This document shows, piece after piece, positions 48,296 to 60,293 of a stretch of DNA of 64,000 nucleotides. Source of the DNA: Cyanophora paradoxa CCMP329 (taxonomy: Eukaryota; Plantae; Glaucophyta); NCBI GenBank assembly GCA_004431415.1, contig QPMI01000058.1, positions 186,001-250,000 on the forward strand, written 5' to 3'. The position numbers and the translations under genes were made by a program. Each line of letters begins with the position of its first letter. The stretch's first letter is position 1. The notes beneath the pieces were generated by a model. The model worked only from the letters and a program-made list of their open reading frames with translations. It was not told the DNA's origin and made no database searches.

Positions 48296-51200
48296 GGCGG
48301 GCGTGACTCACGCCCCCTTTGCGCAGGTCGACTCGTCGGCGACGCGCCGCTTCGGCGGCACGGGCCTCGTGCGCCCTGTACCCCGCGCCCGCCTTCTTCG
48401 ATTAGATCGAGTTCTATCCTCCAGCATTATAGCCCATAGCGAAGCGGCTTCCCTGCTCCGCCCCGAGATACGGACGCTCCAGCCCGGCCCCTTCTCCGCC
48501 GTACCCCGCCGCCCCCTAACCGTACCCCCCCAGGGTCTGGCCATCGCGCGGCAGATCGTGGGCAGCATGGCCGGCTCCATCTGGTGCGTACCCCCCTCTC
48601 TTCCTCCCCCCATCACCCTGACGACGCGCCGTACCCCGGCAGGTGTGAGGGGATGCCCGGCGGGGCCCGATTCGTCTTCACGGCGCGCTTCCGCCCCGCT
48701 GAGGCGCCCCCCGCCCCGGGCCCCCAGTGCGTACCCCTCCCCCCCCCCTCCCTTCCCCCGCTACTCCTTTGACTCCCCCACGCCCCCGCAGGCGGGTGCT
48801 GGCGGTGTCGCCGCGCCCCGGGGCGCGGCTGCTGACGTTCGGCCTTGCGGAGCGGAGCCGCGCCGCCCTCGCCGAGCTCCTCGCCGTGCGCCCCCCCCCC
48901 CCCCCCCCCCCCGCCCCCTTTCCTGGGGCCGGGGGTACGGCTAGCTTCCGATAAGAGTAGCGGGGCACGGCTTTGGGCTCCGACGAGCCGCCCGGCCCGC
49001 CCACCTGCCCCGCGGCGGCCAGAGAGAGGGGCAAAGCCTTCAAGCCTTCAGAGAGCCACGGCTCTTTAGATCCAAAGGCTTCAAGCGAGCTTCCAAAGGC
49101 TCTTTGGAGATCTAAGCGAGCGAGCTCCAAAGAGCGAGCGAGCGCGCCGTGCCGCGTCGCCCCTCACCCGCGTCCCCCTCGGCAGGTGCAGGAGGGGTCG
49201 GGGGCCGGCTCTGAGGTCGTCGCCGCCGCCTCGGACGACGAGGCCGCCGCGCTCCTTCAGGAGGTCCGCGGGCGCCCGCGCTCGAGCTAGCCAGCTAGCC
49301 GGCCGGCCAGCTAGCCGGGAAGCCGCGCCCTGGCCCCCCCCGTCCCCGCCTCCTAGGGCAGCCTGCGCTAGCTCGGTTAGCCCGGGCGCACCCGCCCCGC
49401 CCCGCCCCGTCTCGGCCTAGCCTAGCTAGCCTAGCCTGGCGCCATGACGCCGAAGCCGCCTAGCCGTCTGGGCGGCCTGGAGGCTAGCCAAGCGGCTAGT
49501 CCGTCCACGCCCCGCCCTGTCCGCCCGCTAGCTAGCTAGCCTAGCCTGGCGGCATGAGATCGCGCCGCGCCCCCGTCCCCCCTCTCCTCCCTTCCCCGAC
49601 TCGCCTGGGGGCGCCCCTCGCGCAGGGGTCGCCCTTTGCGGCCTTCCTCGTGCAGTTCGAGGGCGAGGCGGCGCTGCCCGCCGCCGCCCTCGCCGCCGCC
49701 GCCCGCCGCGTGCGCTCCTCCGCTCCGCTCCGCTTCGCTTCCGCTGTTCGTCTCAGATCGGATCGGATCTGAGCCGAGGGGGCGCGCAGGGGGTACAGCG
49801 GGTGCTGGCGCTGCGCGTCCCCGAGCGCCGCCTCGCCGCCCGCCTCCTCGAGGTCAGCCCCCGCCCCGCCCCGCCCGCCCCGCCCCGCCCCCAGCGCGTG
49901 TATCCATCGAGTGTCGTCGTCTATCTACGCCTCCCCTATGATTCTCGAGATCGGCTAGATTTATTTAAAGAGGGTCTAGACTGGATTAGAACTCTCGAAG
50001 ACCGCACCGTCTCTCCTGGCGGCTCGAGCTTGGCGCCGGCTCCGCTCACGGGTCGGGGCGGGGCGTCCGTCAAACGCAGGGCGGCCTGTTCGAGGGGCAC
50101 CTGGTGCGGCCCATCAAGGCGGCGCGCCTCGCCGCCGCTCTCCGCAGCAGCAGCAGCCGCGCCCCGGGCTCGGGCCCCGCGCCCCCCTCCGCCTCCTCCT
50201 CCGAAGGAGATCTGCAGGCGGCCGCGCGCTGCCCGCAAGGAGGCAAGCGCAAGCGCTCCTCGCCCCCGGGGGGGGACGAGGCCGGCCCGGGGGCCCGGCC
50301 CCCGCGCGCCCCGCCGGCCCCCAACGGCCTCGTCCGCGCCGCCGCCGCCTCCGCCTCCGCCGCCGCCTCCGCTGCCGCCGTCGTGCCCGACGCGCCGGTC
50401 CCGCCCCAGCCGCGCATCCTCGTGGCCGAGGACCACCCGGTACCCCCCTCCTTCCCCCCCCCCCCGGCCGCCTCCGCGGCTAAGCTCCGGCTCAGGTGAA
50501 CCGCGCTGTCGTCCTCAAGATGCTCTCCAAGCTCGGGTGCGCCCTCCCGCCCCCGCGTCCCGAGAGAAGAGGAAGCTTGGAGACGAGTTTCGTGTTCTCT
50601 CTCCGGCCCCGTAGCGGAGAACGCCGTGACGGCCTCGCCTGGCGGCCTCGCCAGTGCACTCTAGATATCTGCCAGAGCCCAGACGGTTGCGATCAAAAGC
50701 CATCTGACGGTCTCGGTGGCCTCGCAGGTACGGGGCGGTGGAGCACGCGGAGGACGGGCAGGAGGCGGTCGCGCTGTGCGCCGCCGCCCACTACGACATC
50801 GTCTTCATGGACGTCTGCATGCCCCGCATGTGCGTCGACCCGAGAAGAAGATCTCTTCGGCTCGATTATATAGCTTCAGAGGCGAGAGGCGATAAATATA
50901 TATATAAGAGGCGAGAGGGCGTCTCGCCCCGCATGTGCGCTGAGGAAGACGCGGTGTATAATTGCATTAGAACGATACAAATCGCATAAGGAGATTAAAG
51001 ACGAGAGCGATAATCAAATGCCCCGCATGTGCGTCCGAGAGGCGATAATTGCACGAGAGCGATAAGGCGCTCCTTAAAGGCTCGGCATGTGCGCCTAAGT
51101 ACATAATTATATAGAGGCAGAGGCGATAATTCTTTAAGAGGCGGGATGTCTTTCATGCATGTGCGCGCGGGCGAGCTCTAGAGGCGATAATTGCATGAGA

Positions 51201-52088
51201 ACGACACGAATTACACACCGAGACTATATACGAAGGCGAAACATAATCAACGCGCCCTCCGAGCCCCGCCCCGCCCCGCCCCGCCCCGCCCCGCCCCGCC
51301 CGACGCCGAGCCGCGTCCGACGCCCGCGCGGCAGGGACGGGCTGCAGGCGACGCGGGCGATCCGGGGGCTGGCGGGCGAGGGCCGGCCCCCTCCTTCATC
51401 TGCGCAATGGTCCGCCCCTCGCCCCGCCGGAAATGGTTCTTTATATAATTATATAGATTCTCTTGTATCAGCAATAGCTAAAGACCCAATCATAAGACCT
51501 AAGCTAGGACTGCCGTCCTCCGATCCGCGCCTCCTTCATCTGCGCCATGGCGCGCCCCCCGCCCCGCCCCGCCCGACCTGTCGTTATATATACATCAGAG
51601 TCAGATAAGCTAACGGCCTCTACCACATAAATTCCGTCCCCCGCGCCCCCTCCGCTGACCGGCCGGCCGGCCGAAGACGGCGGAGGCGCTGACGGGCGAC
51701 CGCGAACGGTGCCTCGCCGCCGGCATGGACCACTACATCGCCAGTGCGTACCCCCCTCCCCAATCCCCCTCCCCCTCCCCCTCCGCGCCCTTGGGATGTC
51801 TAGGACTAGGGGGCTTTGCCCCAGTTTCAAGCCGGGACAGGCCTATAATTACACAAATACACAATAAAACATCCCCCAGACTTGGACATCCAATTAGACT
51901 CACTTGCGCGGGCGCGCGCGCGGGCAGAGCCGGTGCGGCAGGCGGACCTGGTGGCGGCGATCCGGCAGGCGCTGCGCCCCGCGGCGCCGGCGAGCCCCGC
52001 GAACTCCAGTGCCGCCGACAGCGAGGAGGCCGCCCCCGCCGGCCCCGGCCCCGCCGGCCCCGCCGGGCCCGTCACCGCCGCCGCCTGA
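44030..52088 (+). CDS. Hybrid sensor histidine kinase: GAF, HisKA, HATPase_c, degenerate receiver, receiver
   Basis: GAF: SEYGFIGEI...LRTHALTN|ISWDE...SLFGRVIVTG...GLPKGHPALNSFL|GMP...GMVGVANRPGGY. H-box KSQFLANMSHEMRTPLNGILG; N-box RQVLVNLVGN|AVKFT; G1 DSGPGI; F-box LFQPFSQ; G2 RFGGTGL|GLAI. Receiver: ILVAEDHP|VNR...DIVFMDVCMPRM|DGL...GMDHYIA|KPV. Stop at 52086-52088. Confidence 0.95.
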
Positions 52089-52883
52089 TCATGACTGATC
52101 ATGAACGGAGGGCGCGAGTGAGTGGGGGGGGGGTGGACCTGGGCGGTGGCTGCTCTGCGGGGCAGTCCAGTCCCCCCCCCCTCTCCCTCCCCCCCACCCC
52201 CTCCCCCCTCCCCCAGTCCCACGCCCTTCGTTTTATAGCTAGCCTTAAGCTTAGAAGCCCGTGCCAACGATTTACTGTGATCGTGCCAGTTCTCATGCCG
52301 ATGCATATGGTTTTTTTTAGTCAGGACAGAGATATGTGTTTTTTGTTTGTAGGCGCTTCCGATGGGATGCCTTGTGCACGTCTTTCAGGCTTGCGGCTGC
52401 AGCCGCAAACATAGGAAACAGCAGGTTGCCTTCGAATTTTGAGCTTGTTCGAATTTCTAAACCGTACGAGATACGAGTACTTCCTGTTCCGATTTCATTC
52501 CTTTCTTCACCGAGTACTGAATGATACTAGAAGCTATATTAATGATGACAGTTCCCCTCGTGCTTAGGCATTCTTCCTACGCAGTGACATTGTCGTTTTC
52601 TCGGTATTAATCTGTATTGATATCAACATCAACATCAGTGGCTTCACTGGGGCCCGCCCTCGCAGGCTTGCAATTCCGCGGGGAGGCGGGGCGGGCTGCC
52701 CGCGCCATAAGAAAAATAAGTTGAAAGTCGCCGCAGGAAAGGGCATAATTCGGGGGAGGCCTAGCTAGCGCTGTTTGATGTCTTCGAATTCGTGTCCTTT
52801 AAATTTCGTGATGTCATTTACTAAGTTAATTATTCAACGTTCAACAAATATGCATATGTATACGTAGGTATACTTAGCGTTAC

Positions 52884-55124
52884 TTGTACATGTTTGTGGC
52901 CCTTCGTGCCTTTCCTATGCTGTGGCTCGATGTCCTCTTCCGTCTCCGATATAAGGCTTTCCCATCTTTACAACGGCCGCCGGTCGCGGCTATTTTTTGC
53001 CGCGCTTGTAATGATGGGCAGCATCGTTCAGTGCGGCACGTTTTCTTTGATTGCCCTGTGGTGCAGGGTTTTTGGCGGGCCATGCATGCTGAGCTCACAT
53101 CCTTAGCAGAGGCTTTGCCCGAGGACGTGCAGCCCTCTTTACCATTGCCTCCTATTACGTTCTCCGCTATTCTAGATCCACAAGTTCCCGGTGTTGCGGG
53201 GACATTGATCACATCTTCTGTGGATGCCGATTTCTGTGTTCGGTATCTCGGTTATATTTTGGCGGGCATTTACGCAATTTTTCAGCTGTCCCGTGCATAT
53301 CTCTCACCCGATAATTTACTTGCTGAGCGGGTACCAGTGTACTCCGTTAATGCTCTGCTAAACCTGTGGAAACGTTTTCTGGATATTCTCGAGATTACGT
53401 TGCCTCCTGCTGTCGAGCGCATTGAGCTTCTTCGTTTACGGCATTTAGGGAGGGCTCTGATTACGATGGTTCAAACCCTGAGTCACGTGACCGCCCTAGC
53501 CCCCTCAATCTATTTTTGATGCGAGCTTCTTTTCTGTGCGCGGAGCTATCCCTCTACAGCGCTCGGGCCCCCCAGCAGTCGCGGTCCCGGGCCCCCCTGC
53601 AGTCGCTACCCCTAGGCCTGCTACTACAGTTAATGGCGTCGGCGTGAATCCTCAAGTTCAGCACATTGCGAGGCCATCTGCTAGCGCTGATACAGCTTCG
53701 GTCCCGGCTCCCTCGAGTTCTCGTTTGAGCTCGTCTGCCGATGCTAGCGCTAGCGCCGCTTCTGCCTCCACATTAATATGCCCTATTTGTGGGAAGAACT
53801 TTCAGTCTTCTGCTGATCGTGACCGTCATGTTCATATGCCGAGCCCCGTCAGCCTATTCCGACTTTGCGACGGATTCGCTCCCCTGCACCCTCACCGTCG
53901 CCACCTGCTCAGCGGCTCCGTACTTCCCTGCCCCCCCCTAGTCCTTCTCTGATACCTTCCGTTTCACGAATCCGCCGCCCCCGGTCTCCGTCGAATTCAA
54001 CCTTGCCTCCCGATGCCGATCCGTCCCCTGTCCATGTGTCTCGGCGCCTGCGGCTTTCCTCTCCTGTACCTTCGGCTTCCCCTCTGGCTGTCCCGCCAGA
54101 TCCACCTCGCCGCCGGTTCCTGCATGGCCCCTTTGATTCATGATAGTCTTGTATCAATCTTCGCTTCACCTCAACTTAGTTTACCCTCAGTTGTTTTGCC
54201 GTCACCTCCATCAGATGCTTCATCGATGTTAGTTAGGAGCACTGGCCCCCTCCACCTTCCAGTTCCTCGTGTATTCCATGCCTTCCCTGTACCTTTGATT
54301 CCGTTCCCTTTGTCGTTAGCTCTGCCTCTTCCTCCTCCATCTCTCACTGTTAGCCCTCAGGCAGTTCCGCCTCTTTATCTTCAGCGACCGTCAGACCGTA
54401 TAGTTTTGGCAGCGAGTATTTTGTGTATGGTGACGTTCCTCGTGTGTACCTTCTCTCTCTTCTACTTCGCTATATTTGCCTCTCCCGCCTGGTTCAGCCC
54501 CATCGTCTGCCTTCCCTGTCACTACTGGCTTGCGTTTCGCCCCTCCTCTTATACTGCCGATTCCGAGTCTGCACCCGAGCTCTGCCCCTTTCCTCGTGTC
54601 GTCCCCAGTTCCTCAGATTAGTCTTCAGCCGTCCATTGTTTTACCAACTCTACAATCTCGATTCCGTTTAGACACTCCGCCAGCTTCGACTTTCCCCTCT
54701 AGTGGTGTCCTACGTTTCGCCTCTCCTACTGTTCTACCGCCTTTGCCTCCTGCGACTACGTCTTCTAGTTCTGCTGTTAGCTCTGTCTTGTCGTCTTCGT
54801 CTAGATCTTCGTCTTCGACTGTAGTTCCTCGTGCTCGTTCTCCTTATTTGCTGCGTCCCCGTGCTCCTCGTCGTTCTAGTGTGACTAGTACTTCTGCATC
54901 GACGCCCTTGAGCTCTTCTACTCCTTCTCCTCGTGCTCGTTCTCCTTATCTTTTGCGTTCTTCTGATCGTGTCCTTTCTCGTGATCCCTCTTGATTCTGT
55001 ATATATTTTGTGCTAGTTTACTGTATCTTTGATTTGTGATTGCTTTGTTGTCTTTAATATCACTACCTACGGGGGGTTCGCCCCACCGTAGTCTCTCAAA
55101 AAAAAAAAATTGTACATGTTTGTG
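52884..55124 (+). mobile_element. 5'-truncated non-LTR retrotransposon (L1/Tx1-like), body 52899-55109, with poly(A) tail and 15-bp target-site duplication
   Basis: TTGTACATGTTTGTG occurs at 52884-52898 and again at 55110-55124, directly after a poly(A) run at 55098-55109. The 5' ORF carries the zf-RVT-type CCHC knuckle CRAC-x8-HVFFDC...FW. The segment is intronless, with lower GC and a T/C-rich + strand unlike its flanks. Confidence 0.92.
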
Positions 55125-55291
55125 TATACAGTTAGCCTAAATTAAAAAAAAATTTGGAACTTCGGGAAACGCGGGCTAATATGCGGGCCGGAAAGCGGCT
55201 TCACTTCTAAGCTGAACACGAATGGACTGAATGCAGAATGGACTATTCCGAACCGTTGATCTCGAAAAAGTAGTCATTATGATGAACCGCA

Positions 55292-57920
55292 TCAGCCTTC
55301 CGGGGCCGGCCGCGGTGTTTCGATATCGGCTCCTGGAAAAGCGGAGTAGAGGCGCTGCCGTGCGAGTTGCAGCGCGCGCACCCGCGCCTCGCCCTGCAGG
55401 CCGGCGCCGGGCCGGAGGCTGAAGTAGCAGCGGTGGCCGACGAAGGGGCGGGCGGCCGCGAGGCGCAGGAGGGGCTCCAGTCCCTCCGCCGCCTCCTGCT
55501 CGCTCTCGAGGGGTACGATGAGGCCCGAGACCCGCTCGAGCGCGGGGCACGCGGTGAGCGCGTCCGCGGCCTGGGCGACGGGGACGGGCTCCCAGGGTTG
55601 ATCGGGTACCCCGGGCTCGAGCAGGACGAGGCCCCGCAGGCGCGGGCAGGCGGCGAGCGCGGCGGCGGCCTCCCCGCGCAGCACCGCCGCGCCGACGCCG
55701 AGCTCGAGGAGGGCGGGCGCAACGGCCCTCAGCAACTCCGCGAGCGCCTCGTCGACGCCCGGCTCCTCGTCCGTAACTGCAGGCGGGTGCGGCGGGCGGG
55801 GTCAGACATGTACAGATCAAACCTCGAATTCGAAGCGGGCGGCGCTCGGATCGAATTTGGACACGCGCGCACATATTTTGAGCTTGAGGACGGAGAGGGA
55901 GTGCGCGCAGAGCTCGGAGAAGGCGCGGGCGAGGCAGCGGAGGTGGCCCGGCTCCAGGTGCGCCGAGTAGTAGAAGTCGAAGTCGAGCCGGCGGAGCCGA
56001 TGGAGCCCCGCGAGGACGCGGCGGTCGCCCTGCGCGAGCCAGTCCGGCGGCGCCGGCTTCCAGCGCGAGTCGACCCGCCGGGGGCGCCCCGGCATGTCCA
56101 CGAGGTGCAGATCCTCGAGGCGGGGGCAGGCGGCCAGGGCGGCGAACGCGCGCCCGCGGGCGAGCAGCGGGCAGGCGTCGAGGGCGACGAGGGCGGGGCC
56201 GGCCGCGCCGAGCAGCTCCGCCAGCGCCTCGTCCGCGTCCGGCGTGTACTCGCACTGCAGCGCTGCACGGGAAGTGTGAGAGAGCGCGCCTTTCGGGATC
56301 GACGGCCCGTCGATCCCGACGTAGGGCCGTTCGGGATCGACGGCGCGCACGGATGCGGAGGCGGGCGGTGGTGGCGTAGCGCTCGCGGAGGGCCGGGAAG
56401 ACCCGCGCGAGGCCGCGCAGGTGCTCCGCGCGGCAGACGGTCTGGACCATCCGCGCGAACTGGGCGCCCGGCGTCACTTGGAACAGGCTCAGGCTGTTGA
56501 AGGTGAAGTCCAGGTGGAGCCGGCGGAGTGCCTTCAGGCCCGCGAGGCTCTCGTCAAGGCGGGGGACCGCTCGCCTGGCCGCGGCCGCGCCCGGCCCCGG
56601 CCCCGGGCCCTCGGCAGGGCCCTCAGCGGCCCCCTCGGCGGCCCCCGTGCCGCCTTCTTCCTGCTCCTGCTCCTGCTCCTGCGAGTCGTCGTCGTCGTCC
56701 GCGTCTATCTGCGAGAAGCTTCAGCTGCAGTGTGCGCAAATGCAGGTAGGAAGGACTGCTGAAACGCAGCTGCCGCAGTGCAGGTAGCTATTGATCATGA
56801 TATCATAGGCCTAGGTTGCATGGAGAGCAGATTTAGCAACTCAATCAGAAGGGAAATGCGCACGTTAAAATCGACGTTGAGCTCCAGAGACTCGAGCGAG
56901 GCGAGCCGCCCCAGAGAAGGGAGGTCCGCCGCATCGAACTTGGGGCCGAACGCGTTGCAGCGCTAGCTGCAGGCGGCGCGCGCGAAGCGTCAGCTGCAGA
57001 TCGCGGGCGGCGGCCGGGGCGCACAATCCGATGCGGAGCCTGCGCAGGCGGCTGCCGGCGGAACCCGCGGCGAAGCGGTCGAAGCCGCGCTGCGGAACGC
57101 GGTCGTCGCCCTCGCCGCCCTCCATGACGGAGACGTCCAGCTCCTCGAGCGCCGGGTGCGATGCCAGCGCCGCGAGGCCGTCGCCCGCGTCGCTGTAGAA
57201 GCGGAGGACGGCGGAGCGCAGCGCGGGAAGCGCGGCAGAGAAGGCGGGGGCCTGGTCGTCCACCACGGACGGCTGCTCCAGCCGCTCGAGGCGCGGGAAG
57301 CGGGACAGCACCTGCACGAAGCTTCCGGACATGGGGCAGGTCAACGGCCCCCATTCGAGCTGGAAGTCGAGGTTCTTCAAGCTGTGGCTGCTGCCGCCCT
57401 CCGATTCTGGGCGCTCGAGGGGTTCGAGTATCGCCAACATGAGGCGCCCGATCTCCTTGTTCACCATCATGCGCGTCTCGGGAATGCAGAGAGAGAACTC
57501 CTTCTTCATCTTGCTGCTCATGTCAACATGCACGGCGACGCTGCCGATGCCTCCGCTCGAAGCCGAGCAAGCTGAGAACAGGGCCGAGATTGCCTGGAAA
57601 CGCTCCTCGCGTGCCGCCTGCTCCTCGTCGAGGATAGTGATGAACTCGAGACGCGTCGCCTTGGCAAGCCTGATTCGAGGAGCCACGCCCGCGGCCGCTG
57701 GAGCGAAGCACGCTGTTGCTTTGCGGATCGTCGCACAGGTGCGCGCCTCGAGCTGCAGCGACTGCCACGCCACGCGGTCGACCGCCTCCCGCATCTTCTT
57801 GCTGACCGGCCGCAGGCGCGATGCCTCTGCATGCCCGAGCTGCAGCAGCACCGTCTCCATGGCATCCGGGTGCAGTGCTTCGAGCGCCGACAGCTTTCTC
57901 GCATCGCCCGAGCCCGCCAT
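55292..57920 (-). CDS. F-box-like / RNI-like leucine-rich repeat protein
   Basis: F-box-like N-terminus LEALHPDAMETVLLQLGHAEASRLRPVSKKMREAV (ATG 57920). Repeated LRR-like units include FPRLERL, LPALRSAVL, HPALEELDV, ACPRLEDLHL, ACPRLRGLVL and ACPALERV. Multi-exon; stop at 55292. Confidence 0.75.
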
Positions 57921-58340
57921 GTTCTGCAGAAAACGCGTACGTTTAATGAGACGACTCACTTGACAGGTGCGAGTGCGGGAAGGGAGAATGACATGTCGCG
58001 GGGCGCACACGTTTTAGATCTCCGCCGCTGCTGCGGCCACTGCTCCTAGCGCTACGCGCTTGTTGGCATGTCTCTCCGCGGGGCCGGCCGAACGCGAGGC
58101 GCGCGCTGTCAACACGTGGTGCCGAACCGAGGGGGGTAGAAGCTGTTGGGCGCGCTCGGAAGTGCCAGGCAGGCAGGAGTTGAATTTGGCGCGCTGCTTT
58201 GCGGGCTCGGGTAACCAGCTTCGCAGCACCAGCACCGTCGCAGCGATCAGTGTCGCATCAGCAGCACCAGCTAGCTAGCCCGTCGGAGCCTTTAGGAGTC
58301 ACGTCGACAGACTTGGTCTCCGCGCCCACTCATCAGCTCG

Positions 58341-59649
58341 ATGCCCAGCCCACAACCGCCGCCAACAACGCCACCCTTGCGGGAGGGCCTGACTGTACCG
58401 CGGCCCCCGGAGAATCCACGCTCGGCGCGGTCGTCAGACCCAGGGGAGCGGAACCCTTTCACAAGGAAGGTCAATATCGTATCCACAGTAGCTAGCGCGA
58501 CGAACGCCATGCAGATGCAGAGGAAGCAGCAACCGCTGCCCAGGCCACCCAGGTGCTCCGAGCTTCCCCGCGCAATCGTCGCTCGTCGCCCGTCCCGATC
58601 GCGCTCGCAGCTCTGCCGGCTTTAGCGATCTCCCTGTAGCATGCATAAACGGAGTTAGAATCCAGGTTCGCCCGCCCAGCTGCGTGCTTGACGACATGTT
58701 GCCAGTGAACTTGCCACGTCCGCATCGCTTGACACCTCCGCGGCAGATGATCACGCACGGCCTCCCGCAAACTGTGATCAATCAGAAGGGACCCGCCATT
58801 CGCTACGAGTACGGCACGATCGAGGTACGATTGTTCCGGCGGCCCTGCGCTGCAGCGCGTCGCGCACTCGCCCGCATTGTAGCTGAGTCGCCTTCCAGGT
58901 GGATCACCACGCTGTGCGCATCATACCGCTCAACCCAGCGCTCGCGAACGCGATCAGCCCGCAAAAGCCAGCGAGCCACGTCGACGCGCGCCTCCCGCCC
59001 ATCTCCGGCTTCAGGAGAACGAGCGTCACGGGGGCGGTCCCGCCCTCGTCCGTGCCGAACCTGCAGAGCGCGTCGAGCGCGTCGAGCCAGCCGTACGCGC
59101 ACATCGAGATCCCGTTCACGGCGGTGAGCGGGGGGCGGGCGGGCGGGCGGGCGCCCCGCGCCGCGCGCGCCTTCCGCGGCGCCCGACGCGGCCCGTCCCA
59201 TCGTTCGCAGATCGAGGAGGAGGACCACGCGTGGGCGGAGGACGGCGAGTACCCCCAGGACCGCGTCTCCTTCTGGGTGCGGAGCGGGCAGTACCCCGTC
59301 GAGTACATCCTGTGCGCGCGCACCCCCCTTTCCTCCTTCCCCTTCCGCCGCCCGCCCGCCCGCCCGTAACGCGCGCCCCCCCCCGCGCAGCTCCTTCAAC
59401 GCGTTCATCGCGCCGGAGGTCGAAGTGCCGCTGCTCGAGGGCCTGCTCAAGCTCCGAAGAAGGCAGCTGGAGAACGGGGACGACGAGGACGACGAGGCGG
59501 GCGTGCCGCACCAGCTCCGGGCCGCCCAGAGCGAGTTCCGCCGCTCGCTCGTCGCCGCCACCGAGGCGGCGCTGGACGAGGCGCAGCGCCGGCGCAACCA
59601 GGCCCGCATCAAGCGCGCCCGCTCCCGCCGCTTCTCCGCCCCCGGCTAG
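58341..59649 (+). CDS. Hypothetical protein (Pro-rich N-terminus, possible beta-rich domain, C-terminal coiled coil)
   Basis: GT-AG-joined exons give ...IRYEYGTIE|VDHHAVRIIPL...IEIPFTA|IEEEDHAW...RVSFWVRSG...|...RRRNQARIKRARSRRFSAPG* (stop 59647-59649). The start is uncertain. Confidence 0.55.
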
Positions 59650-60293
59650 GCTTAGGCCTAGGTGTAGGCCCCGGCTCGGCTCGGTCCGGCGCGCGCGCGC
59701 GCGCGCGAGCCCCGCCCGCCGCCGCATGTATGTATGTTATGTATGCATCCGCGCTTCTTTCTTTTTCAGGTAGCCGTGCTTTAGGTCGGTCGATGCTAGC
59801 TCGCTCGGTATCCTAGCTATAGCTCTCGTAGCTTGGAAAGCTTTTTTCGTAGTGCATAAATCTAGCGCATATTTCGTATTGCAGAAGGTAGAACGCGAGA
59901 ATCGTCAGGCCCCGCCTTTTTCAGGGGCCATACTGATGCATTCGTTTCGATTCCGCAATCGATATCGAGTCTGCGAGCGTCCGCTGTCGCCGAGTCGGTG
60001 CCCATGTTGTCCCGCTGCAGCAGGAGATGTTATAATTACGCAGCAACCCTGAAAGTAGGGCTAACGAGAACTAGTCGCCTACAATGAACGGCTACGAGCT
60101 GAAGCATTCAAAGCGGGGCCGAGCGCGCACGCCGCCCAGCGGGCCCAGACACCGGCGAGGACAGGGGGAAAGGTAGAGAAAAGGAGAGGCAGGGGGAGGG
60201 GGAGTGGCAAATCTCAAAGGCGAATCGAACCGCCCCAAGCGGGGGGCGGGCGGCGCGCGGCTCTGGGGGGGGTAGGGTAGCGGGGCCCAGCCC

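Noticed and set aside
50819-51200. CRISPR-like spaced repeats (GCATGTGCG...GATAAT)
   Set aside because: The repeats are degenerate, the 'spacers' resemble each other, the array lies in an intron of a eukaryotic gene and there are no cas genes. It is better explained as tandem echoes of the exon-donor junction.
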